From Mustelus asterias (Eukaryota): a stretch of 64,000 nucleotides of DNA. Made by a program: the position numbers and the translations under genes. The notes beneath the pieces were generated by a model. That model was given only the letters and a program-made list of their open reading frames with translations. It ran no database searches and had not been told where the DNA came from. The DNA is taken from positions 44,206,001 to 44,270,000 of the forward strand of contig NC_135804.1 in the NCBI RefSeq assembly GCF_964213995.1, read 5' to 3'. This document shows, piece by piece, positions 53,185 through 64,000 of this stretch; position 1 is the stretch's first letter, and each line of letters opens with the position of its first letter.

Positions 53185-53640
53185 ATGGGTTGTCTTATGA
53201 GGAAAGGTTGGACAGGTCATGCCTGTATCCACGGGACTTCAGAAGAATGAGACGTGATCTTATTGAAATATACAAGATCACCCGGGGACTTGACAGGGTG
53301 GATGCTGAGAGGATGTTTCCCCTTGTGGGAGGCTCTAGAACCAGGGATGCAATTTAAAAACAGGGGGTCTTTCACTTAAGATGGAGATGAGGAGAAATAT
53401 TTTCTCTCACAGGGGCACGAGTCTGTGGAATTCTCTTTGCCAGAGATCGGTGGAGGCTGTATCATTGAATCTTCTTAAGGCAGAGTTAGACGAATTCTTG
53501 GTGAGCAAGGGAATCAAAGGATATTTGGGATATGCAGCCGAAATGGAGTTGAGGCCACAGACAGATCTGCCACGATCTTATCAAATGGCGGTGAAGACTC
53601 GAAGGGCTTATTCCTGCTCCTAATTTGTATGTTCATATGT
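53185..53640 (+). mobile_element. CR1 3' fragment
   Basis: RRMRRDLIEIYKI, EMRRNIFSHRGTSLWNSL and 3' UTR. Confidence 0.8.
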
Positions 53641-54279
53641 TTTTACATCTAGCCATTCTCATTCCGAGTTTCATTGTTTTCTACATATTTTTCAAAGAGA
53701 CAATATCAGTCAATGTTGAAATAAAACACATGCACGCTTTACATATTTTAAGATAGAGAACTGTCCTGCTTTTGTTCTCAATTTTTCAAGACTGCACAAA
53801 TAAAAATTATAAATCATGGCGAATGCAGTTTTAAAAAATGTAGCACTATAATTGTGTTACCTTGAATGTGGGTCCTACCAAAAACGAGAGGCAACATGTT
53901 TTATAACATCAAAAGAAAACCTGACACCTTAAGTATAAGGAGATTAGCAGTTACAATGATCAGTAGCAAATACCAAGAAGCTTAATACATACAGCTGGAA
54001 GGGATAATTATCTGTAAATTGCCACCAGTGCTCTTCAATTTAATGTATAAAGCCTGCCACATCATACAAGTCTAATGTCTCTTAGATTTTCCATTGAGTT
54101 TCCTTTGGAAAAATGAAAAATAATTAATGAGCTAGGCAAAAAAAGGATGTTGCTGTGACATGCTTACGAAATAAGTAGTAAGGTCCACCCACTGGCACTG
54201 AATATACAATAAGCAATTGTACTTGTATAAGTTAAAACAAAGTTCTTAGGATGTGGGTGATTCTGGCAAGGCCAGAATT

Positions 54280-55022
54280 TTTTGATTTGATTTGATTTGA
54301 TTTTTTAAAATTTGATTTATTATTGTCACATGTATTAGCATATAGTGAAAATTATTGTTTTTTGCATGCTATATAGACAAAGCATACCGTTCATAGAGAG
54401 GGAAACGAGAGAGTGCAGAATGTCGTGTTACAATCATAGCTAGGGTGTAGAGAAAGATCAACTCAACACAAGGTGGGTCTATTCAAAAGTCTGACAGCAG
54501 CAGGGAAGAAGCTGTTCATGAGTCGGTTGGTACGTGACCTCAGACTTTTGTATCTTTTTCCCGATGGAAGAAGGTGGAAGAGAGAATGTCTGGGGTGCAC
54601 GGGGTCCTTAATTATGCTGACTGATTTGCTGAGGCAGTGTGAAGTGTAGACAGAGTCAATGGATGGGAGGCTGGTTTGCGTGATGGATTGGGCTACATTC
54701 ATGACCTTTTGTGGTTTCTTGCGGTCTTGGGCACAGCAGGAGCCATACCAAGCTGTGATACAACCAGAAAGAATGCTTTCTATGGTGCATCTGTAAAAGT
54801 TGGTGAGAGTCGTAACTGACATGCCAAATTCCCTTAGTCTTCTGAGAAAGTAGAGGCATTGGTGGACTTTCTTAAGTATAGCATCCACATGGGGGGCCAG
54901 GACAGGTTGTTGGTGATCTGGACACCTAAAAACCTGAAGCTCTTGACCCTTTCTACTTCGTCCCCGTTGATGTAGACAGGGGCATGTTCTCCTTTACGCT
55001 TCCTGAAGTCGATGACAATCTC
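54280..55022 (-). mobile_element. Rex1/Babar-clade LINE, 3' ~740 bp
   Basis: ORF 54463-54888 (LYFLRRLREFGMS...FYRCTIESILSGCITAWYG...PSGKRY...NSFFP) is the C-terminal region typical of Rex1/Babar ORF2. (TCAAA)n tail. Confidence 0.85.
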
Positions 55023-55034
55023 ATTTTATTGCTG

Positions 55035-55370
55035 ATGGTCTATTGTGTGACCTCCATCATCTAGAAGGACAAGGGCAGCAGTAGATGGGAACACCACCAG
55101 CTACAAGTTCGCCTCCAAATCACTTAACTGGAGGGGAACTTGTAGATCGTGGTGTTGCCATGAACTTGAAAATGTATCGTCATTCTTTCATCATCAGTGG
55201 GTCAAAGCCCTGGAAAGCCCCTTCCTAATAGCACTTTGGGAGTACCTTCATTACACAAACACAGTGGTTCAAGGAGGCAGCTCACCACCATCTTCCCTAG
55301 GGCATTTAGGAATGGCAATAAATGCTAGGCTTACCATTGATGTCCATATCCCATGAATGAATTAAAAGAA
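55035..55370 (+). mobile_element. Second CR1-group LINE family, 3' end (with internal foldback)
   Basis: gaaggacaagggcagcag...gcagctcaccaccatcttcc...cccatgaatgaatt. Confidence 0.65.
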
Positions 55371-55479
55371 ATGTGATGTTGCGCCTTGTCCTTGAACAGC
55401 CCAATCTTTGTGCTGAAGGGATCCCACTGGTGCTGGATAGGGAATTCAAGGATCTTGGCTAATTGCATACACCCAAATC

Positions 55480-55613
55480 GGGAGACAGGATTTTCCGGCT
55501 GTGCTCGCCCCAAAACCGGAAAATCCCGCCTGAGGCCAACAGATCTTTGCGTGGTCTGCCTCCCACCTGCCGACTACGAGTCCCATGGTGGGCAGGCTGG
55601 GAAAATTCCCCCC
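55480..55613. mobile_element. MITE family M2
   Basis: ggattttcc ... ggaaaattccccc ends. Core cccgcctgaggccaac shared with 9527. Confidence 0.55.
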
Positions 55614-56390
55614 CGATTGGTGATTGACTCAATGGCGATGGTATTAGTTGTCTTGTCCTTCTTGTTGGTAGAGCTGTGAGGCACTTTCAAAGTAAAATCA
55701 GAGAGTTGCTGTAGTGGATCCTGTAGGTATATACTGTAACCAGATTCCACTAATTGTAGAAAAGTGGCTGCTGAGTCCAACAGGATGGGCAGTGTTTATG
55801 TTTCTGGCGTGTTTTACAACTGCATCTATCCAGGCGAGTGCCCAGCCTTTTCCCTGTTCATTGACCACATGCATTTTGATGATTTGAGTGAAGGATCCTT
55901 TTTGTTACTTTCAAACTGATCGGGATAGGGATGTTTGCATTCACTGCCTGGGTTGCAATCTGCTGGAGTGAATTACCCCTTCTTTATAGAACCCACCTGA
56001 CCTTCATTCCATTGATTTCTGCCAGATGACTAACTCAGCAGCAAAGACAAAAATCCCCCTACCCCTCCACCCCCTTCAGTGTCTCAAATTGCATGACAAG
56101 CAACTTTTGTGCAATTCATTTTTCATAACTTTTAAATTTGTGATCCCCTAAATGTAGCCATGAGTGGGGGGAAAAAAGAATGGTCTTGATAAACTACACA
56201 CTCCACTTTGTCTTACTTCCTTTCAAACAAAGAAGAATGATCATTTCGTGGAACCAGATACAAACTATAATCACTGTTAATTTGGCAATGGTTATACTTG
56301 CTGGCCCAGAGAAGATGGCTTAGGGCAGTATTATAATTTTTAAAGGAGATAGAACGTTGCCTTTGACTATCACTGTATCTCCCCCATCCC

Positions 56391-56464
56391 GTGGTCATGT
56401 GTGGCTTTTGCTACCAAATAAACCTGTTGGACTTTAACCTGATGTTGTTAAACTTCTTACTGTG
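56391..56464 (+). mobile_element. Penelope-like insertion D (74-bp minimal copy, ribozyme absent)
   Basis: gtgtggcttttgctaccaaataaacctgttggactttaacc...cttcttactgtg. TSD tctcccccatccc (56378-56390 / 56465-56477). Confidence 0.8.
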
Positions 56465-57403
56465 TCTCCCCCATCCCCCCAGCTGTACATCAAAACTTTC
56501 CAAAGTATCAACTTTTTGACATGACCCGTTCATGTTGTACAACATTGCAGGCATGCGATGTATGTGTATGAAATGCAGTTTAAAATCTTGTAAATGTGGC
56601 AACTTGATTTTATTGCAGGGCTGACGAATCCTTATAATGAGATAGGCCACCTTAAATTAAATAATGAGGATTTGTGTAATCAGATTGGCATTCCTCTTGA
56701 CTGTTAATTGTAAAAATGTAAAGGAATTTGAAGCCTGATTTGCCTGGCAGGATATTCTTTCAGCTTTTTTTTCAAACTCTTTTCCTTCTTGCCCAACATC
56801 TGGAACATTGAGGGTAGCTCAAGGGTATTTCTACCTTATCTGCGTTCTTGTTAGAGTTTGATGCATTCTTCCCCAACAAACCTTTGATTAGGTAGCAACT
56901 GCTTGCTCTGATCTGTTGGTTGACCTCCCACAAGAGGTTGCTGTCACCAACCGAGATGTCCTTGCCTGTCACTTCACACATTTTAACTTCCCCGACTGGA
57001 TGGTTGAAATATTTATTGCCAAAGTAATTTTGTTTTGGATCCGACTGGAATTGATTAGTGATTGCGTTTTCAAGAGAACACTTGCAGGGAGTGCAGGAAG
57101 CTGAACAAACACCCACTTTCCATTTTCTGTGGCAACACTGTGGGCGGGAATGTGGAGTCTTTCCCGCTGTGGAGGCCAATGGGGAACCACACCGTATCTT
57201 CTGGCCCCGACCGCATTCATTATGCGCCCGGGTGTTTTGCGCCATTTTCCACGGTGGGCAAGACCTGATTGCGCGTAGTCCTCCATCGTATCCGGGTGGC
57301 ATATTGAAAAGTTGCCCAACATCATTTGAAAAACTATTGTTAGGACATCTGCAATATTCTCACCTACTTCCTTATTTGACATGTCCATCTCCTGCTTATT
57401 TTA

Positions 57404-58546
57404 GGTGGCATGGTGGCACAGTGGTTAGCACTGCTGTCTCACTGCGCCTGGCACCCGGGTTCAGTTCCGGCCCCAGGTGACTGTCTGTGTGGAGTTAGCA
57501 TGTTCTTCCCGTGTCTATGTGGATTTCCTCTGGGTGCTCCAGTTTCCTCCCATAATCCAAGGATGTGCGGGTTAGGTTGATTGGCCATGCTAAATTGACC
57601 TTAGGGCCCTATTTTACCATTTTGATTCTAAGTGCTGGGCGGACTTGAAACTGGGAGTGTTTCAGATCCGACTTTTAGACCCGTTCTCAGGCACCTCCAT
57701 ACGCACTCTGCCTGAAAAAATATCAGCAATTCTGAATCGTGCTGCACAAACCTGTGGGCAGGGCTTAGTGCGCCCGAAATCCTGCAGCTCTGATTGGCAC
57801 CTCCAACTGCGCATGCACAGACAAAAAATGATAGAATACGGCTCCCCTGCCACATCACTCCCGGGCCGGATAATGCCTCCCCCTGGGCCCCGCAGACATT
57901 GCCCAACTCCTACAACATTACTGACCCCTAATCTCCCCCCCCCCCGCCTGACCCACCACTGATGTCAGGCAGAGTGGCAGCGGACCCCCCTTCCCCCTCA
58001 CTGATCACAGGCAGAGTGGCAGCGGACACCCCCCTCCCACCCCCCCACCACCACTGATGTCAAGCAGAGAGCCGTCGGGAAGCTCGGCACCTACCTCCTC
58101 ACTAATTGGAGCGCCCGAATCGGACTTCAGTGCAGCATGTCTGTTTCGCGCTGAATCTGGATTGGTGAACACGGTGGTAAAGGGGGAAGTGCCAGTAAGA
58201 TTGGGCGTGCAGCCCATCAAGTCAATTTGAATGCATGCAAATGCATTTAAATGGCCGTCACGCCCGTTTCGGCCATGGTCTCGATCGTGGATATTTTCAG
58301 GCCTTGATAAAGGGGGAACTGGCGCGGAGGCAGGTGCGGATCGTGCTACTCGCCTCACGCCCGACTTTACCAAGTTTTGGTTGAAAACGGGCGCAACTTG
58401 ATGGTAAAATCAGGCCTTTAGTGTCAGGGGGATTAGCAAGGTAAATACGTGGGGTTGTGAAGGTGAGCTTGGGTGGGATTGTTGTCAGTGCTGGCTCGAT
58501 GGGCTGAATGGCCTCCTTCTGCACTGTAGGGATTCTATGATTCTAT
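57404..58546 (+). mobile_element. HE1 SINE split by an 814-bp Harbinger-like element
   Basis: Head at 57404-57603, remainder at 58418-58546. Confidence 0.9.
57604..58417. mobile_element. PIF/Harbinger-like non-autonomous element
   Basis: TIRs gggccctattttaccat / atggtaaaatcaggcct, perfect TTA TSD (57601-57603 / 58418-58420), CpG-rich, internal repeats of caggcagagtggcagcggac. Confidence 0.85.
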
Positions 58547-58719
58547 CATCACTGACTCACTATCGAAGAATGAAGATGGACCTCCTGAAAATGAAGATGG
58601 ATCTGCAGGCAAATCCTGAGGGTGCAAAATGGATCTCCTCGATGGCACTGTATCCGGAAGATCCACCTGTCAATACTCTCCTGCATCCACTGCTATGGTG
58701 TTCTGGGGTCTAGGTTTAC

Positions 58720-59034
58720 CGATGGCCTCTATTATGAACTCCGGAGGTAGCCACTGGCATCCTTCAGGTAAGTCCCCACATCTGCATGGCATGTTGTTCC
58801 CAGTGTGTTTTGCACCCGTATACATTTCCTCTGGGCCAGTGGGGAATCAGGCAAGGGTGAAAGATCCCGGTGGACCTTTACCTGCATCCCTTTACTGGAA
58901 TTCCCGATCTGCCACGGCATGCACTAATGGAAGATACCGCTGGAAATTCACACTGACGTGAAACCGATTTTTGCACTCCAATCAAATTCTCCCGACCCCT
59001 GCCCACCATTGGAGCTGCTGGGAGAATTCCACCC
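58720..59034. mobile_element. Harbinger-like fragment (right end)
   Basis: Ends gggagaattccaccc, the TIR type of the other MITEs. Confidence 0.4.
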
Positions 59035-59179
59035 TGTGCATGAGTAATGTAGTGAATTCTGGGAGTTGAAATCAGAAGTTCACAGTGTCTGTGGCGTTGG
59101 TATGTTAAAAGAGAAATGTGACTTAACTAAAATTTACTGTTAGTTTTTATTTACTGATGGAACGATCTGAAAGAATCTT

Positions 59180-59317
59180 GGCCAGGATTCTCCGAACTCA
59201 TCCGCAGCTGGGATTCTCCAGTCCCGCTGCTGTGAATGGAGATTTGGCTGTGCGCCAAATTCTCCGTTCTCACTGAGAGTGGTGGTGGGAGCGTACGACA
59301 TTGGCGAATTCTGGCCC
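59180..59317. mobile_element. MITE family M1
   Basis: TIRs ggccaggattc / gaattctggcc and shared core. Confidence 0.75.
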
Positions 59318-60334
59318 CTGGTTGAAAGTTTACATTGATAGAAGTTACATAATTTTCAATTAAAATTCTTTCTGTCACATGTACAGGTTTGTTCCTGGTT
59401 TTAACGAAAACCGGAACTCATGTTGAACATGAATCATTTGGGGTCCTGTCACGAATAGTGCAATAAAACTTCTACAGTAAGTCCTCACTTAGAGTTGTCA
59501 TTGCATTCCTGAAAACCGTGATTTTAAGTGAAACAACTTTAAGTGAACCATGGGTGCCCATGGGAATCAACGTTAAAGCCAATGTAAGGTTCCTTCTGAT
59601 ATTATTTGCTTGGAAGCAGCAATGTACAAGTTGAAATACTGTACTGCACATGTGCAGAACCACGCTTTCCGAGCTGAAATAACTTGCAAAGAGAATAAGT
59701 CACTAAATGTAAAAGGAATGCTGTAGAAATAGGAGGGAAAACATTAGAAGCCTACAGGCAAAGGGCAGGGGGGTGGGACTAGTTGAATAGCTATTACAAG
59801 GAGCTGGCATAGGCTTGATAGGCTGAATGGCTTCCTTCTGAGCTATATAATTTGATTATTCTAAGATTAGAAGCCAAGGTGAAGCCTGTAAGTTTGGTCC
59901 TCTGACCCTAGACTCCACTGAAAACCTCTGTAACATTCAGAAACCTTGTCCCCTAAATGCTTTATTCTGCAGCTCATGCAGTCTTACAGTTAAATGCATA
60001 TTTAAAAGAAAATCTTTTGGTAACCTTTCAGTCATGAAACGCTGCATTACATTTTCACATCTCCTTTTATCTCTGCCCATTGTGTTTGGTTGCCCCACTG
60101 ATTTTCTTCCTGAGCATTCTTCATCCTTCGAAGAAAATATTTAATCCTATGTCACAGATGGTTACCCTCACCCTTCAATGACCTTCAGGTAGGTTTCCAG
60201 TATTCTTTGTTCAAATCTCCACAGATTCAGGTCAATAGCATTTCTATTCGCTCACTGATCTGCGATGACTATGTGCAAAGACACGCGATGATGACATGCA
60301 ACTTTATGCTGCCAATGCACGGGAGCAACCTAAC

Positions 60335-60646
60335 GGCGCGGCATGGTGGCAGAGTGGTTAGCACTGCTGCCTCACAGCGCCAGCGATCTGGGTTCAATTC
60401 CTGGCTTGGGTCACTGTCTATGCGGAGTCTGCACGTTCTACCCGTGTCTGCGTGGTTTTCCTCCGGGTGCTCCGGTTTCCTTCCACAGTCCAAAAGACGA
60501 GCTGGTTAGGTGCATTGGCCATGCTAAATTCTCCCTTAGTGTACCCGTACAGGCACCGGAGTGTGATGACTAGGGGATTTTCACAGTAACTTCATTGCAG
60601 TGTTAATGTAAACCTACCTGTGACACTAATAAATAAACTAAAAACT
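60335..60646 (+). mobile_element. HE1-headed SINE with a Rex1-like tail
   Basis: Boxes A/B and V-domain as in HE1, then ...ttttcacag...tacctgtgacactaataaataaact instead of the CR1 tail. Confidence 0.85.
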
Positions 60647-61187
60647 TAAGTGACAACGCAAATCAGAATAACAGGCTTTAAATGACTTTAAAACCAGACA
60701 ACAAAGGAGGGTTTCTCCAGTCATGTCAGATGGCCAGCGGGAATCCTGATGCCCTGCTGAATGGGGCGATGGCCAAATAACCCAGACTGGGCAGATCCCA
60801 AAAATTGTACAAACCCGCTAAATTATAATACAATTAGTGGGCTGGGCAGCTCATTCAGCAGCCTCCTGCCTTGCACCCGCCTCCCCATAGGGAAATGCAC
60901 CGGGCTGATAATGACCCAAGGGGTGTCAAGGAGGTAGGTCCAATAGCCATTCACCTTTCTGCCGTTACCAGGCTGCACAGGTTCCCCCAAGGGTCCTGGG
61001 AGATTGGATGGGCTCGGGCTGGGGGCAAGGGGTTGACCCCATCACTCTCCCCCGGGATGGGGGGTCGTGTGGCTGGACTGCCCTTCCTAGCCCTGATGTG
61101 GAGATGCCGGCGTTGGACTGGGATAAGCACAGTAAGAAGTCTCACAACACCAGGTGAAAGTCCAACAGGTTTATTTGGTAGCAAATA

Positions 61188-61226
61188 CCATAAGCTTTCG
61201 GAGCTTGCTGCTCCTTCGTCAGATGG
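61188..61226 (-). ncRNA. Minimal type-I hammerhead ribozyme, intact core
   Basis: Identical to 29779-29817. Confidence 0.8.
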
Positions 61227-61379
61227 AGTGGTCTCTGTTCTCCAACAGTGCACAGACACAGAAATCAAGTTACAGAATACTAATTAGAATGCAAATCTCT
61301 ACAGCCAGCCAGGTTGTTCTAATTAGTATTCTGTAACTTGATTTCTGTGTCTGTGCACTGTTGGAGAACAGAGACCACT

Positions 61380-61418
61380 CCATCTGACGAAGGAGCAGCA
61401 AGCTCCAAAAGCTTATGG
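61380..61418 (+). ncRNA. Minimal hammerhead motif, core-mutated (GAAA to AAAA at 61407)
   Basis: CCAT-CTGACGA-a-GGAGC-agcaa-GCTCC-AAAA-gc-TT-ATGG. Confidence 0.7.
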
Positions 61419-63367
61419 TATTTGCTACCATATAAACCTGTTGGACTTTAACCTGGTGTTGTGAGACTTCTTCCTAGCCCTGGCAGACTTGAAGATCACC
61501 CCTGGCATGGTGATTTCAAGCAGCGCTCTGTTCAACATCTTCATTCCTGCCTGCCATCTCTGAGAACTTTGAAGTGCCTTGGTTACTTAAATCTCCATGC
61601 CTCTTGGTCACCTGGTAGGCTTTTAAATCACAGCAGCACTCCATTCTGCATCAGGGATCTCTCTCTCTCTCTCTAGCAAGCCGCAGTTATGAACAGACCC
61701 CTTTGAAGTCCTCTGATTGTCAGAAGACAGTCACTTTTACTCGGGGAGAATTCCCATCTCCACAGCTCAGAGTCTTTGAAATACCTTGCAACCATTTCAA
61801 AACCTCTGTTACCATTTAATTCCCGTCGCGTCCTTTTAATTGTCATTTGACTGGCAGCTTAAGGGTTTTACACAGCATGCAGTCAGCTGTGTTTATTTAC
61901 CTTTCCCTTCACGCTTGAATGCATGTCAAGTACCCTCATTGTTCCTAACCATAATGTTTACACAAAAGAGGAACTGAAAAACACTTAGCTCTGAAGTTGT
62001 GACCCGGGGGAAGGTGGCAAGGTCAACACTCTTGTCCCCAGCCCGAGCCCACCTAACCCCAGGACTCTTGGGGGTCCATTCCTTTGCAGCCTGGCAGTGG
62101 GAGAGGGCACATGTGCTCTGGATTTACCCAATGACCCCCCCCCTTCAGGATGTAAGATGCCAGGCCAAGGTGTCGGTGACAGGGGGCAGTGCATTGTTTG
62201 CACTGCCGAGGTGCTGGGCCTGAAGGGGGCCTGAGTGAGGGTGGGGGTCTGAGGGGGGGGGAAGGTGGCATCGAGTCAGGTCACCCTCATGTCTGCATGG
62301 TGTGGGGGGAGGGGGGTGATCCGTTATTTGGGTGGCGGGGGTGGAGGATGCCCATTTTTGATGAGGAGTTGGTGGTTCTCCCCTGGTCAGCAGGGGGGGT
62401 GTCACCATTTCCACCTCTGGGGGTTAGGGGCTTGTCTCTGATGGCGGAGATCGGGGCACCCTTTAAAATGGTTCCCCGAACCCTTAAAAGCCGGACTGGT
62501 TGTTGTGATTTGCAGGATGCATGAATTTGCATCCATCAGATGGGTGAGTCCCACCTGACTGATGCTGCCAGCACCAATGGGAAACACTCCGGTTTTCCTG
62601 CTGTCATGGACACTTAGTCCAGATTCAGGAAAATCACGCCCGTTAAGTGGGATGACTTAAAGTGAGGACTTACTATAATTGTTTTTATATTCAATCTTCT
62701 TGACTCCTCTCTTTTCAGAATTGACTCAACCACAGACTTCCATCTTGCAACTTGTCCAAGTGGTTTTGTTCCAGTGACTGATGAAGAGCTTCAAACCTCT
62801 ACACAGTGTTAAAGTTCTGGCCATTGAATGTGACCCGCAGCAGAAAGATAGGCTAAATTCCATCCCTCCCCCACCCTGCTCCCTACTTTGGATTTTTGAT
62901 GCTGATTTTAGCAACTCTACGAGTCCATAGGTTGAAATTAGTTAAATTAGCACAGATTAGCTATTGAACCAATGCCTTTTCTGGTCTATATAATTTAGTA
63001 CCATACCAAATGTTTTATTTATACACTAAAACCATTTGGGAGGTAGATACAGAGCTAAAGATTCTCAGATCTCACCACGGGTGAAACTAATTTGGTGTTT
63101 GGAAAGACAAAATTCCAATTGGAGATATTCAATATGGAGCCTAATAAGTGACTGAGGGCAGGGGCCTGAAAAAAAACTGAGGCTTTAACAAATAATAAAA
63201 TGTTGTTCTTAAATGTGAGGAGTGAGGGACAGCTACTGAAGTATAATTTCCTTCACTTTTAGCGATGATTTATCCAGATAGGGATATTTTCTCATTGATT
63301 TTTGACATTGAGTTCTTGTTATGAATAAACTATTCCACTTAAAAATACCTTTTTCCTGATAGGGTAG

Positions 63368-63650
63368 AAATGTAAGGAATAAGATTAAGAGTAGGCCATT
63401 TGGCCCTTCAAATCGACTCTGGCATTCGGTGCAGCCGGTGTTAATCTTCAATCTGAACTCCAGCTTCCTGCACTCTCCCCGTATTCCCTGATTCACTTAA
63501 TATCCAAACATCTATCAATCTGTCTCGAATCTATTCAACACCTGAGCACTAGCTGATCTTTCGGGTAGAGAATTCCAAAGATCCACAAGCATTTGAGCGA
63601 ACAAATTTCCTGTTGTTCCTAAATTGCCGACGTCTTATTCTGAGACTCAA
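63368..63650 (-). mobile_element. CR1 3' fragment
   Basis: taagagtaggccatttggcccttc...agagaattccaaagatccac is the reverse complement of a CR1 3' end. Confidence 0.7.
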
Positions 63651-64000
63651 CATTGTGAGTTGACTTTGCCTTCAGTAATTTACAGTATAATTCTTTGAAC
63701 ATTATTAATAATCCATGCCGATAAAGTAAACAAACTCAATTCATAAGTGTACCAACTTACCACAGTAGTATTATTCAGTCAGAATGTGGTGTTCAAATGT
63801 CAGCATTCCAATAAAGTTTGCTACGTTTTCAATTAGTAATGTATCCACAAGTTATTCTACTTCAAACTAAGGAATAAAGATCAATTAGTAACAGAACAAG
63901 GGCAAATTCCTGGTCATAAGATAAATCTACCCTTTCTTCTGCATGTTCTTTTCCATTAATTTGTTTAACCTAAAACTTTGTGCCTCCAATATTTTTCACT

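Larger units (their letters stand above)
61094..61472. mobile_element. Penelope-like insertion E: ~156-bp inverted arms, 27-nt loop, 40-nt tail
   Basis: Arms 61134-61289 / 61317-61472. TSD cttcctagccctg (61083-61095 / 61470-61482). Confidence 0.88.
60706..62641. mobile_element. Harbinger-like non-autonomous element hosting Penelope-like insertion E
   Basis: Right end aggaaaatcacgccc and internal homology with 36862-38030. Confidence 0.55.
59475..62675. mobile_element. Tigger/pogo-like (Tc1/mariner) non-autonomous relic with several nested insertions
   Basis: TA|cagtaagtcctcactt ... aagtgaggacttacta|TA (15/16 TIR match, TA TSD) and subterminal ttaagtga repeats. Confidence 0.7.

Noticed and set aside
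9529-60573. Recurrent similar ORFs (CGRKPEHPEETHADT..., VAQWLALLPHS..., SLHILPVSAWVSSG...) resembling a gene family
   Set aside because: They are alternative-frame translations of non-coding HE1 SINE copies
1-64000. CRISPR array, rRNA, or prokaryotic/viral system
   Set aside because: No regularly spaced direct repeats, no rRNA motifs, no gene-dense segment. The sequence is vertebrate genomic throughout.

Overview
This is non-coding vertebrate DNA, almost certainly from a shark: it carries HE1-type V-SINEs, HER1/CR1 LINEs and SacSINE1-like DeuSINEs. I can support no intact host protein-coding gene. The ORF-track entries are TE remnants or chance ORFs. Bases 1-~8600 are nearly TE-free and keep their CpGs, which suggests the regulatory or promoter domain of an unidentified, probably developmental, gene. 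The rest is CpG-depleted sequence with heavily nested retroposons (CR1, Rex1/Babar, Tx1, L2), PIF/Harbinger-like MITEs, a Tigger-like relic and a probable solo LTR. The most striking system is five short, ORF-less Penelope-like insertions. They have 12-19 bp target duplications, foldback arms, a fixed 35-40 nt one-sided tail and minimal hammerhead ribozymes whose stems co-vary between subfamilies. Other notable items: two unrelated MITEs inserted at the same TTA in two independent HE1 copies, and an HE1-headed SINE carrying a Rex1-type tail. All coordinates and alignments were read by eye, and family names come from recognised motifs, not database searches.
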